Positions 20,106 to 29,308 of a stretch of 64,000 nucleotides of DNA are shown in pieces. Below the pieces are notes generated by a model. The model ran no database searches and was not told the origin of the DNA. It was given only the letters and a program-made list of their open reading frames with translations. This DNA is from an uncultured delta proteobacterium. Its GTDB lineage: Bacteria > Desulfobacterota > Binatia > UBA9968. Both the position numbers and the translations under genes were made by a program. Each line of letters begins with the position of its first letter. The first letter of the stretch is position 1. The DNA lies in the NCBI GenBank assembly GCA_963840855.1, contig CAWJBB010000034.1:64001-128000 (forward strand). Reading direction: 5' to 3'.

Positions 20106-21107
20106 ATGGCTGATGATGCAACTGCTCAGTACGATGTCTTTTTGAGTTATCGTTGGGTAGAACCGGATCAAAGGTGGGTTCGACAACAACTCGTCCCAGC
20201 ATTAGAGAAAGCGGGTCTGAATGTACTTTTGGATGTAGATGATTTCGTGCCAGGGCGAGATTTAATTCTTGAAATGGAACGGGCCGCTTCGTCCTCTACG
20301 AGAGCAATCTGCGTGATTAGTCCGGATTATTTTGAAGGTAATCGAATGGTCCAGTTTGAGAGCCTCATGCTCCGGCGATCTGACCCATCTGGAATGGAAT
20401 CAAAACTCATACCGCTTATATTGCGGCCTGCCATTCTTCCCGAACGTCTCCGCGGCTTAATTGCAGTAGATTGGACGAATCCTGAAAATCACCAACGAGA
20501 ATGGAAAAAACTTCTTCGTGTATTAAATGCAAAACACATAAATGCCCCAGCGCCTCAAAGTATAGGCAGAGCTCAAGATATCCTCCAGGAGGGTTACCAC
20601 GACAGTCGAGTGGAGTTGGTCAGAACCCAGTTGAATCAGCTACACGCGCAGGCACATGATCCAGCTACTTTCCTCCGAAGCAAGATCTTTCCGATTCTGC
20701 GTGGGCTATTTGTTGGCAGGAATACCTTTATCGAGCCCGTTGGTGACTGCCGAGAGGAGAACTGGGCAGAGCGGTTTATCGCGACCATAGAGACGAGGCG
20801 CCTGATAGAGACGTACCGACCAGTCATAATTGACCATGCGAAGCCTGGGGATGAAGAATTGGTGCGTTCGTACGACCAGCTGAATCTCCATAGCTACCTG
20901 CAGGAATTGACGGGGCTCTTCGATCCTCGTCCCGGGGTCAACAAAATCACAGAACAATTTAGAAAAGGGGATGTTGACGCGGTCAAGCTGGAATTGAAAG
21001 GAATAGAGATTCATCCGAAGGAGAGAATCGATTCCAAAGCGATCGAAGCTTGTGACGGAAGGCAAATTGCAATTAAAAGGATCTGGGAGCAATGGCCGGT
21101 CATCTAA
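20106..21107 (+). CDS. TIR-domain protein (TIR_2-like) with unrecognised C-terminal domain
   Basis: YDVFLSY, LVPALEKAGLNVLLD, DFVPG, ICVISPDYF, FE at the putative catalytic Glu, KLIPL. Confidence 0.85.
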   Translation: MADDATAQYDVFLSYRWVEPDQRWVRQQLVPALEKAGLNVLLDVDDFVPGRDLILEMERAASSSTRAICVISPDYFEGNRMVQFESLMLRRSDPSGMESKLIPLILRPAILPERLRGLIAVDWTNPENHQREWKKLLRVLNAKHINAPAPQSIGRAQDILQEGYHDSRVELVRTQLNQLHAQAHDPATFLRSKIFPILRGLFVGRNTFIEPVGDCREENWAERFIATIETRRLIETYRPVIIDHAKPGDEELVRSYDQLNLHSYLQELTGLFDPRPGVNKITEQFRKGDVDAVKLELKGIEIHPKERIDSKAIEACDGRQIAIKRIWEQWPVI

Positions 21108-21196
21108 AGGGACTAACGTCGTGGACGTCCTCCAACTTCTCTCTGCGAGCCCGATTGCCGCCTAATATTGGTTAGGCCGCATTAGACGAACGAACT

Positions 21197-22179
21197 ATGA
21201 TCCTCCTTGCCGCCGTTTACAACCTCAGACTCTCAGAACCGACAGGGAGAGGTGTCCAGATCGCCGACGGGCTCTACTTGACAAACGAGTGTTCCACACA
21301 ACTAGAGCGAATCCTTTCGCGGCCATTCAGGTTTGCAATCGGGGGCAACGAATGCGTCAGCCTCCTGACAGGACCTGCGGCCGTCTATTGGAAAGATGTC
21401 CCGAATGAAGCCGACCCACTTCAAGCCGTTAAGACTCTGACGATGTGGCTGAAATGCTTACGCGGATTTTTCTGGCTTTGTGGGTCGCAAAAGACAACGC
21501 AGTCAACTGTGAAATGGGATTCTTGGAACACGATGTCCCTGGGCAAGGTCTCACGCACACAAGCAACTTCATCGCGGCTTTGTTTTCCAATGCGCGAGGC
21601 GGGAAAGATGAAGTGGAGTTTCGCCTCACGGAGATTCGTCAGGCTCGTCAGTACTTCTCTGACTTCTTTCTTCCCGTGATGTTCGGGCTTCAGGTTGGTA
21701 GTGGTAGTGCACTTGGGCTCACAATGAAGACTCGGCCGGCTGCTGTTAGTGCCAAGGGTGTCCATCGCCTAACTCGGTTCCTGTACTTTCTTTCGGCCGC
21801 ACGTAGCGCCGATGATCTCGGCGTTAAAGTGTCGTTGTATATGACTTGTTTAGAAATCATGTTCTCAACCGAGCCGACGGAGTTGACTCATCGCCTCTCA
21901 GAGCGCGTCGCTTTTTTTCTACGTAGAGATCCCGCCGAACGTCTCGCGGTATACGGGAGTCTCAGGCGGGCGTACGACATTCGGTCGAAGGTTGTTCATG
22001 GTAGCGTGATGTCCGAGCAAAAACAGAAATGGCTGCCCGATGTCGCGAGTGAGATTGATGCGCTCCTCCGAGAGTTGGTGCTCAAAGTAATTGTAGACCA
22101 GGCTTCCCGACAGGTGTTCGACATGAACGACACCGATTTTGAGGATTACTTCGCCCGGCTCACGATCGGCATCCTGTGA
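21197..22179 (+). CDS. HEPN-domain protein (ApeA-like), frameshift near 21450
   Basis: ORFs 21197..21679 and 21445..22179 overlap; C-terminal LEIMF...ELTHRLSERVAFFL...AYDIRSKVVHG with RxxxxH motif. Confidence 0.75.
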
Positions 22180-22189
22180 TGCGCACTCG

Positions 22190-22277
22190 GCCTAACACGC
22201 CGATGAACTCGGCGTCATTGCGCGGTACCCTCGCTCGCTGCGCTCGCTCGGCGCGGGTTATCGGCAGCCCGTTAGCC
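22190..22277 (+). other. attC recombination site (88 bp)
   Basis: R'' GCCTAAC 10 nt after the stop; L'' GCCGATGAAC pairs with L' GTTATCGGC leaving one extrahelical base; R' GTTAGCC at 22271. Confidence 0.85.
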
Positions 22278-22347
22278 GGCATAATATGGACTCCTTTGCG
22301 GGTACCTTCATTCCTGATGCTATCTGGAGGTGTGGAGGAATTGAGCC

Positions 22348-22601
22348 ATGAGAAGGATTTTTAAAGTCAAAGCTTTGCCGGGGTATCGGGAACCGTAGAC
22401 CTCTCCGAAAACGTCGGCAAAGGTGTGTTCGTCCTCTGGCTCGACCCGCTTGCCTTCGATCGGGTTCGTATCGGTTCATCAGGCGAACTGGTCTGGGGCG
22501 ATCAGATTGATCTGTGTCCGGATGCGCTCTACCTCAAAGTGACGGGCAAGAAACCGGAAGACATTTTCCCTGCACTACGCAGCCAAGCCACACATGGCTG
22601 A
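22348..22601 (+). pseudogene. DUF2442-family protein (putative antitoxin) with internal deletion and frameshift
   Basis: MRRIFKVKALPGYR then shifted frame VSGTVDLSENVGKGVF...FDRVRIGSSGELVWGDQIDLCPDALY. Confidence 0.7.
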
Positions 22602-22632
22602 GATCAGCCGTTTCTTAGGCATTGTCATCTCC
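22594..22632 (+). pseudogene. Truncated DUF4160-family N-terminus (MAEISRFLGIVIS)
   Basis: Typical DUF4160 start overlapping the DUF2442 stop; similarity ends after about 13 codons. Confidence 0.55.
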
Positions 22633-22735
22633 CTCTTGTTTTATCTTCCCTTCCTGACTTTGACGACCTCTCCCAATTTGATTACTCACAGCATCGGGGT
22701 TAAAACGTTCACGTTCGCTGACAAATCGGAAAGGA

Positions 22736-23305
22736 ATGATTCCGGTGGTGAAGTCGACGAAGTCGAAGATGGGTAACCCTACGTGGTCGAATGTAAAGGC
22801 GGCTGTCGCGAACCTAGATGAGCAGCAGTTGGTCGGCTTAGTTGCAGATCTCTATCGCTTCTCCAAGGAGAATCAGGCTTTTCTCCATGCCCGGTTCTCG
22901 GTTGTGGACGATCCGCTTGCTCCTTTCAAGGAAACAATCGATGAATGCATGTACCCGGACATCTTCAAAAACAAACCGATTCAGATTTCCAAAGCAAAAA
23001 AAGCGATCAATGATTACGCGAAGGCCGTGGGAGACCCGCTGGGCGAGGCTGAGTTGATGACCTTCTTTGTCGAGTGCGGCAATCAATACACAGTGGATTT
23101 AGGAGATATAGATGAAAATTTCTATGACGCTCTCAACCTGATGTATCGACGGGCTATTGAAAAGGTATTAAGCCTTCCCGAAGGGCAACAAGACGAGTTC
23201 AAGAAAAGGCTGGAAGCGATCATGACGTCGTCCGCCAATATTGGATGGGGGTATCACGATCAGCTCCGACAAGACTATTACGACGCATTTGATGAGGACG
23301 AGTAG
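22736..23305 (+). CDS. Hypothetical alpha-helical protein (possibly DUF6155-like)
   Basis: 189 aa ORF with GAAAGGA RBS; WSNVK...[20 protein letters not shown]...KAKKAINDY...GWGYHD. Confidence 0.65.
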   Translation: MIPVVKSTKSKMGNPTWSNVKAAVANLDEQQLVGLVADLYRFSKENQAFLHARFSVVDDPLAPFKETIDECMYPDIFKNKPIQISKAKKAINDYAKAVGDPLGEAELMTFFVECGNQYTVDLGDIDENFYDALNLMYRRAIEKVLSLPEGQQDEFKKRLEAIMTSSANIGWGYHDQLRQDYYDAFDEDE

Positions 23306-23347
23306 TAAGCGGGGTCACATTTTGGAAATTGCATTTGCCGATCGGCA

Positions 23348-23392
23348 GTGGGGACAACCTCGCCGCTCCAATACCAATCCGGGACGGCCCCG
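23348..23392 (+). ncRNA. Guanidine-II (mini-ykkC) riboswitch
   Basis: Hairpins GTGGGG-ACAA-CCTCGC and GGG-ACGG-CCC separated by a linker, directly before the gdx/sugE RBS. Confidence 0.75.
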
Positions 23393-23411
23393 AACAGTGA
23401 AAGGAAGGCAT

Positions 23412-23732
23412 ATGGCTTGGGTCATTCTCGTCATCGCGGGGTTGTTTGAAGTAGGTTGGGCCGTCGGGCTCAAGTATACGGAAGGCTTCACAAAGTTGTG
23501 GCCCACGGCTTGGACAGCTCTGGCCATGATCATCAGTCTGTGGCTGCTGGGCATCGCGATGAAATCGCTGCCGGTTGGAACGGCATACAGCGTATGGGTC
23601 GGAGTTGGCGCGGTCGGCACGGTTATCCTTGGGATCGTGCTTCTTGGCGAACCGGCAAACACGGCCCGGCTGATCAGCGTTGCGCTCATCATCGCGGGAA
23701 TCATCGGGCTCAAGCTGGCGACACCCGCCTGA
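23412..23732 (+). CDS. sugE: SMR-family guanidinium exporter Gdx (SugE)
   Basis: [51 protein letters not shown]; 106 aa. Confidence 0.95.
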   Translation: MAWVILVIAGLFEVGWAVGLKYTEGFTKLWPTAWTALAMIISLWLLGIAMKSLPVGTAYSVWVGVGAVGTVILGIVLLGEPANTARLISVALIIAGIIGLKLATPA

Positions 23733-23753
23733 CTCCACGTCAGATTGTCTGAA

Positions 23754-24521
23754 TTAATTCGCCCAGCCGCTCTCTGAAACGACGACTCGGTTACCTTCCG
23801 GATCGTTAAACTGAATCTGACCTCCAGCACCCTCGGAAATTGCCACGCTGCCATCTTGCAATCGTTTTTTGACCGAAGCGAGATCATTCACCTGGATGCC
23901 GAAGTATTGCACGCCGTTTTTCGGGCGGGTTTGAGTCTTTGTTAGAAGCAATGTCACGGTTCCGTCGCTCAGGCGAATGCTGTCATCGCTTGCGCGGCCG
24001 ACGGCTTCTAATTCGAACTGGCTTTTGTAGAACGAGCAGGCTTCATCCAGATCTGCGACCTGCACGGCGAGCAAACGAACGGCGGGAAGTTTCTTTTCTT
24101 CTCTGCCAAGAAAACCGCGAGACGAAAGATCGACATTGTTGCCCCATGGGTCGATGAAACGGACCTCGGCGGGCCGCGCGCCTTCGGGGCCGCCAACGCC
24201 GGCAGAAACTTGCGGTGTCGTGCCGCGGGCCAAATTTGCCGGCAGCTTCGCCACCGCCTTTTCCAAATTATCAACCATGAAGCCGTAGTGATGTATGCCG
24301 ATCGTCAACTCTTTCTCGCTGCCATCGGCTCGGTGCGTTCCCGCCTCAGCCGCCTCCACCGCCGCGCGCTGTAAAAAAGCCAGATTGAAAAGCGGATCGA
24401 TTACCATGCGCGAGCCGCTGGGAAACACTTTGCATTCCTCGAAGCCAAAATACTTTTGGTAAAAATCGCTTAGTTTTTTGGGTTCCGCTGAAATAAACGC
24501 GATATGTCTCAGTTTGCCCAT
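23754..24521 (-). CDS. Two-domain VOC family protein
   Basis: KLRHIAF, GIHHYGFMVD, FIDPWGNNVDLS, second domain ending FNDPEGNRV. Confidence 0.85.
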   Translation of the reverse strand: MGKLRHIAFISAEPKKLSDFYQKYFGFEECKVFPSGSRMVIDPLFNLAFLQRAAVEAAEAGTHRADGSEKELTIGIHHYGFMVDNLEKAVAKLPANLARGTTPQVSAGVGGPEGARPAEVRFIDPWGNNVDLSSRGFLGREEKKLPAVRLLAVQVADLDEACSFYKSQFELEAVGRASDDSIRLSDGTVTLLLTKTQTRPKNGVQYFGIQVNDLASVKKRLQDGSVAISEGAGGQIQFNDPEGNRVVVSESGWAN

Positions 24522-24633
24522 GCTTCACCTCCGCGGGTATTGATTCGGTTATAGGTTTGATAATTTCTCCTTCAATGTTGAAACTCTTTGGATTTTAAAT
24601 TATCGAGCGACAAAAACCAATTCAAGAAAACTT

Positions 24634-24714
24634 ATCGCGCCAAGACGCCAAGGCGCAAAGTAAAATTTAATTCTCCGTCCTCCGAACTTGGCGTGCTTAG
24701 CGCCTTTGCGCGAG
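24634..24714. repeat. 8-nt-period palindromic repeat (CGCCAAGA/CGCAAAG...CTTGGCG/CTTTGCG)
   Basis: tcgcgccaagacgccaaggcgcaaag...cttggcgtgcttagcgcctttgcgcga; relatives at 52152-52180, about 61308-61460 and 63487-63515. Confidence 0.75.
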
Positions 24715-24734
24715 TCACCAAGGCGAAGTTTCTA

Positions 24735-25796
24735 TCAACGAATATTCGGAACCACTCGTTCCATGAAACGGCGCATCGACGCGCGCGTTTGGCTGTCCGT
24801 CAAACCGCCCAGTGCAAAGTTTCCAGCCACGTCCGTCAGGTAGAGCCGCTCACGAACGTATTCCACCTTTTCCCGCACTTCCTCCGCGCTGCCGACAAGC
24901 ACTCGGTTTTGGTCGACCAGTTCCTCGAACGTGAGCCGCTTCATCTGCGCGCGGTGTTTTTCATGACTGCGGTACGACTCGGGATCGGCCATCCCCGGCG
25001 TCAAGCTATGGGCTTGGCTTGCCGCTGACTGGTATTCGGCGAGCCCAACTTCTGCGGCCGCGCGCGCCTCGGCCGAACTTTCACCGACGCAGGCGTGATA
25101 CACCCCCAGCACGCGGGCCGTTGACGCATCATATCCCGCCGCCCGCCGCGCATCGAAGTAAGCCTGCATCTTGAGACGAAGCTCCTCGACTTCGTTCAGG
25201 AACGGAATGAGCATCATGTGAAAGCCATAACGTCCCGACAGCTCGAAGGATTCCACGGACGTCGTCGCCGCCATCCACACCGCCGGATAGGGCTCCTGCA
25301 CCGGGCGCGGATAAACTTGCACGCCGTTGTATTCATGAAAGCGCCCCTTGTGATTTAATCTGGGCTCACTCCAAGCCTTGAGAACCACTTCGAGATTTTC
25401 TTTGAACCGCTCGCGCAAATCATCGAGCGCAATGCCAAACGTGAGCGCTTCCCATTTGACGAAGCCGTGGCCGATGCCGAATTCGACTCTGCCATTACTC
25501 AAGCAATCGAGGGTCGCGTAGTCTTCCGCGACGCGCAGTGGGTTGTGATACGGCAAGAGCAGTACCGCGGTTCCGATGCGCATCCTCGTCGTTCTCTGCG
25601 CGATAGCGGCGCCGATTACCGGTGGCGCGGAAAAGAAACCCGCGAATGGATGAAAGTGATGCTCGGCCAGCCAGACCGAATTGAAGCCGAGTTGCTCGCC
25701 AAACGCTACCTGATCCACGATAGTGCGAAATCGCTCTGCCCCTTCGTTTCGCGTCGCGGGTAATGATGACGGCAAATAGAAAAGACCGAAACTCAT
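24735..25796 (-). CDS. LLM-class flavin-dependent oxidoreductase
   Basis: WLAEHHF, RIGTAV, PLRVAEDYATLDCLSNGRVEFGIG, PRPVQEPYP. Confidence 0.9.
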   Translation of the reverse strand: MSFGLFYLPSSLPATRNEGAERFRTIVDQVAFGEQLGFNSVWLAEHHFHPFAGFFSAPPVIGAAIAQRTTRMRIGTAVLLLPYHNPLRVAEDYATLDCLSNGRVEFGIGHGFVKWEALTFGIALDDLRERFKENLEVVLKAWSEPRLNHKGRFHEYNGVQVYPRPVQEPYPAVWMAATTSVESFELSGRYGFHMMLIPFLNEVEELRLKMQAYFDARRAAGYDASTARVLGVYHACVGESSAEARAAAEVGLAEYQSAASQAHSLTPGMADPESYRSHEKHRAQMKRLTFEELVDQNRVLVGSAEEVREKVEYVRERLYLTDVAGNFALGGLTDSQTRASMRRFMERVVPNIR

Positions 25797-25946
25797 GGCG
25801 GACACATATGACAGTTCACCAGGAATGACAAGGCACAAACCGCGAGCAATCAGCAGTAAAAGGTGAGGCGAAAAGATATCGGGGCGTTAACTAATCGACT
25901 CCTACAATACCCGTAATACGTGTGTAAGGTAGTATCCATTTGATTA

Positions 25947-26075
25947 CCCTGGCCGTCGAGAAGGCGGTGGGTGCGAGGCGGAGCGAGGGCTCGCACCGGA
26001 GCGTACATCGGCAGTACGTGAGGATGCGAGTCCGACGTGACAACGAAGCAAACGCCCCTTATCGGCGGATCAGGG
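25947..26075. repeat. MITE-like palindromic element
   Basis: Imperfect terminal inverted repeats; internal GCGAGGCG...GGAGCGTAC..GTACGTGAG...CAACGAAGCA; related to 60958-61122. Confidence 0.6.
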
Positions 26076-26290
26076 ACAAGGCAATGTCAAGTTGACTTAT
26101 CGCTACAGTATCTGATACAGGCCCGTCAGATTGATCCCCTGGCAGTCCGCGGTAGCGGTTTTCGCCAAGAACATGCCTTGCCACGATCAAGGGGAACGAT
26201 CTGCCGTGTTGGCGCCAGCGCGCTTTGCAAAGCAAGTTCCTAGCTTGAATGCGCCCGCTCGCAAGCGGCACGCATGAAAGGAGAAACGCT

Positions 26291-27241
26291 ATGAATAGAC
26301 ACGTGAGGGTTTTGGGCCTGGTCTTGGGTCTTACCACCGCGCCGGCAGGCATCACGGCGGCAGCTGAACTCAAATTGATGACGGGGCCGCAGGGCGGCGC
26401 CTGGGTGCCGCTTGGTGGCCAATTGAAGGACATGTGGGAAAAAGCCCTTGCCAACACATCGGTGCAGGCTCTGCCGGGCGCCGGTATCGCCAACGTGCGC
26501 GGTATCGAGGAAGGCAAGACCGACATCGGCTTCGGCAACTCGATTTCGACCGTCGATGCGGTCGCCGGCAAGCCGCCGTTCAATAAACCGCACGACAACG
26601 TGTGCAACCTGGCGACGCTCTACCCGCAATACTTCCAGGTCGTCGTGCGCGCCGATGCCGCGGTCAACTCCATCAAGGATCTCAAGGGCAAGGCCATTGC
26701 CGCCCAACCGCGCGGCAACACCGCCGAGGAGATCACCAAGCAGCTCTTGCAGGTGAACGGGCTCACCTACAACGACGTCAAGATGAGTTTCGTGTCGTAT
26801 ACCGATGCCGTGACCCAGGTGCAGGACGGACACGCGGTCGCCTTCACCGCCGGGACAACAATTCCCTCCAGTGCAGTGATGGACCTCGCCGCTTCGCGCG
26901 AGATCAAGCTGATCGATCTTGCCGACCAGCTCAACGCGATGAAGAAGCTAAATCCGGGCTACACGCTCAATACGATCCCCAAGGGCACCTACCCGAAGCA
27001 GGACAAGGACGTGCAGGTGATCGGTTATGCCACCCACATCGTCGCCTCCTGCAAACTGCCGGAAAACATGGTCTACGGCATGACGAAGGCCATCGCGCAA
27101 AACACCCAGCAGCTCTCCGCCATCGTCAGGGACATCAGGGGACTGACGCCGAAGGGGATGGCCGAGGACATCGGCGTGCCGTTCCACTCCGGCGCGGCCA
27201 AGTTTTACAAGGAAGCCGGCATAACCGTGAAGACGAAATGA
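26291..27241 (+). CDS. TAXI family TRAP transporter solute-binding subunit
   Basis: TGPQGGAWVPLG, GIANV, LATLYPQYFQVVV, VPFHSGAAKFYKEAG. Confidence 0.93.
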   Translation: MNRHVRVLGLVLGLTTAPAGITAAAELKLMTGPQGGAWVPLGGQLKDMWEKALANTSVQALPGAGIANVRGIEEGKTDIGFGNSISTVDAVAGKPPFNKPHDNVCNLATLYPQYFQVVVRADAAVNSIKDLKGKAIAAQPRGNTAEEITKQLLQVNGLTYNDVKMSFVSYTDAVTQVQDGHAVAFTAGTTIPSSAVMDLAASREIKLIDLADQLNAMKKLNPGYTLNTIPKGTYPKQDKDVQVIGYATHIVASCKLPENMVYGMTKAIAQNTQQLSAIVRDIRGLTPKGMAEDIGVPFHSGAAKFYKEAGITVKTK

Positions 27242-27301
27242 CTGGATCGGCGGCGCCGACGCAGCTCTTCGACACCAGGCAGCAGAGATCGGGTAGCTCA
27301 G

Positions 27302-29179
27302 GTGCAAAAGATCGACTTCAGTTACAGGGGCCTGATTCGTTTCGCCGTGACGGTGATCGCCGTCGCCATGTGCCTCTATCACATGTGGGTGATCCTGGCC
27401 GGCCAGCCGGAAGCGATCATATTCCGTGGTACGCACCTGCTCTTCGCGCTCGTTCTTGTTTTTCTGATCTACGGGTCCAGGGCAAATGTCCAAAGGCCGA
27501 ATCCGAACGCCATCGACTACGCGTGGCTGGCGCTCGGCGTGGCCTCGCTTCTCTACCTGTTCATCAATTACGAATACGTCGTCACGCGCATTTACTACAT
27601 CGACGAGCTGACGCCGGCGGACATGATCTTCGGCACAATCCTGCTCGTGGTCGTGACCGAAGCGACGCGCCGTTGTGTCGACGTGTCGCTGCCCGTCACC
27701 TCGATTCTGTTCGTCCTGTACGGCCTCTTCATCGCCAGACTCGAACCGATGCGCATCCTCGATCAGCTCTACATGACAACGGAGGGTGTTTTCGGCCAGG
27801 CGCTCGCAGTATCGGCGTCGTTCGTGATCATCTTCGTGATGTTCGGCAGCTTCATGGAGCGAACCGGCGTCGGGCAATTGTTCATGGACTTTGCCATGGC
27901 GCTGACCGGGCACACCGCCGGCGGTCCCGGCAAAGTCTCGGTGATCAGCTCGAGCCTGTTCGGCACGATCTCCGGCAGCGCGGTCGCCAACGTCATGGTT
28001 GACGGAGCGATATCGATCCCGCTGATGAAGCGCTCGGGATTTCCGTCGCACTTTGCCGCCGGCGTCGAGGCGACCGCGTCAACCGGCGGCCAGATCATGC
28101 CGCCGATCATGGGTGCCGCCGCTTTCGTGATGGCTGAGTTTTTGGCAGTCCCTTACAGCCAGGTGGTAATCTGGGCGATCATTCCCGCCATTCTCTACTA
28201 TGTCGCCTGCTTCGCCGCCGTCCACTTCGAGGCCAAACGTCGCGGCATCGTCGGCGTGCCCCGCTCGGAGCTGCCGAAGCTTGGCATCGTGATGGCCGAG
28301 CGCGGCCATCTGTTCCTGCCCATCATCATCCTTCTGGCCGTCATGTATTCGGGCTACAGCGCGCCTCTCGCAGCGCTCGCCGGAACGCTCGCCTGCTTCC
28401 CGGCGGCGGCGTTACGCAAATCGTCGCGCGTCAATGTCACACTGTCCAACATCATCGAGGCGATGGTGGACGGCGCCAAGAACTCGCTCCCGGTCGCCCT
28501 CGCCTGCGCTTCGGCCGGCATCATGATCGGCGTGGTGACGCTGTCCGGGCTGGGCATCGTATTCACGCAATGGGTGGTCGCGCTGGCGCAGGACAGCCTA
28601 TTCATCGCGCTCGTCATGACGATGTTCGCCGGCATCGTGCTCGGCACCGGCCTGCCCACGACGCCGTCCTATATTATCCTGACTGCGTTGCTCATCCCCG
28701 CGATTATGAAGCTCGGCGTGATCGAGCCAGCCGCGCACATGTTCGCCTTCTATTACGCGATTCTCTCGGCGATCACGCCGCCGGTGGCGCTCGCAGTGTT
28801 CGCCGCGGCAGGGCTAGCGAAAGCGGACATGTGGGACAGCGGATGGGCCGCCATGAAGATCGGCGCCGCCGGTTTCATTATCCCGTTCATGTTCGTCTAT
28901 CAGCCAGCGCTGTTGATGATCGGCGATTGGCCGACCATAATCTGGAGCTTCTCGACGGCCTGCGTGGGCATCGCGCTGTTCGCCGGCGGGCTGCACGGCT
29001 ATTTCGTGACGGCCGCTTCCCACTGGCAGCGCGCATTACTCAGCGCCGGCGGCATCTGTCTCGTCTTTCCCGGGGTCTGGACGGATCTTGCGGGAGCCGG
29101 CCTCGCGGCCGTCGTGATCGTCACCCAACTCATCGAGCGCCGCGCCGCCAGCAGCCCGGCCGCTGCACCGACACAATGA
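27302..29179 (+). CDS. TRAP fused permease (4TM/12TM); true start may be ATG 27238 across a frameshift
   Basis: GGPGKVSVISS, GTISGSAVAN, EATASTGGQIMPPIMGAAAF, ITPPVALA. Confidence 0.93.
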   Translation: MQKIDFSYRGLIRFAVTVIAVAMCLYHMWVILAGQPEAIIFRGTHLLFALVLVFLIYGSRANVQRPNPNAIDYAWLALGVASLLYLFINYEYVVTRIYYIDELTPADMIFGTILLVVVTEATRRCVDVSLPVTSILFVLYGLFIARLEPMRILDQLYMTTEGVFGQALAVSASFVIIFVMFGSFMERTGVGQLFMDFAMALTGHTAGGPGKVSVISSSLFGTISGSAVANVMVDGAISIPLMKRSGFPSHFAAGVEATASTGGQIMPPIMGAAAFVMAEFLAVPYSQVVIWAIIPAILYYVACFAAVHFEAKRRGIVGVPRSELPKLGIVMAERGHLFLPIIILLAVMYSGYSAPLAALAGTLACFPAAALRKSSRVNVTLSNIIEAMVDGAKNSLPVALACASAGIMIGVVTLSGLGIVFTQWVVALAQDSLFIALVMTMFAGIVLGTGLPTTPSYIILTALLIPAIMKLGVIEPAAHMFAFYYAILSAITPPVALAVFAAAGLAKADMWDSGWAAMKIGAAGFIIPFMFVYQPALLMIGDWPTIIWSFSTACVGIALFAGGLHGYFVTAASHWQRALLSAGGICLVFPGVWTDLAGAGLAAVVIVTQLIERRAASSPAAAPTQ

Positions 29180-29247
29180 GTCCGCAAAAACGGCGCAAAG
29201 ATAATCAACATATCGAACCTTCACGACGCTCCTAAACGACTGTGCTC

Positions 29248-29284
29248 AAAAAAAATGGGCGACCGTTCATCACGGTCGCCCATT
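29248..29284 (-). terminator. Rho-independent terminator of the UbiD operon
   Basis: 13-bp stem AATGGGCGACCGT/ACGGTCGCCCATT followed by a T-run on the minus strand. Confidence 0.8.
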
Positions 29285-29308
29285 CGGCGCTCATAATCGA
29301 ATTTTCGA

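Larger units (their letters stand above)
21171..22277 (+). mobile_element. Integron gene cassette carrying the HEPN gene
   Basis: Left core GTTAGGCCG (21171-21179) is the exact reverse complement of CGGCCTAAC (22188-22196) at the attC R'' box; single promoterless gene. Confidence 0.8.

Noticed and set aside
21111-21177. Full attC site after the TIR gene (GACTAAC...GTTAGGC)
   Set aside because: R-like boxes are present but I cannot find paired L boxes, and no matching core lies before the TIR gene; at best a degenerate or secondary site.
20106-22179. Thoeris, CBASS or Pycsar assignment
   Set aside because: No SIR2/Macro ThsA, nucleotidyltransferase or cyclase gene nearby.
26602-28051. Long alternative-frame and antisense ORFs (26602..28002, 26948..28051, also 662..1444, 44937..45806 and similar)
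   Set aside because: Shadow ORFs of high-GC coding sequence; Arg/Gly-rich and without recognisable motifs.
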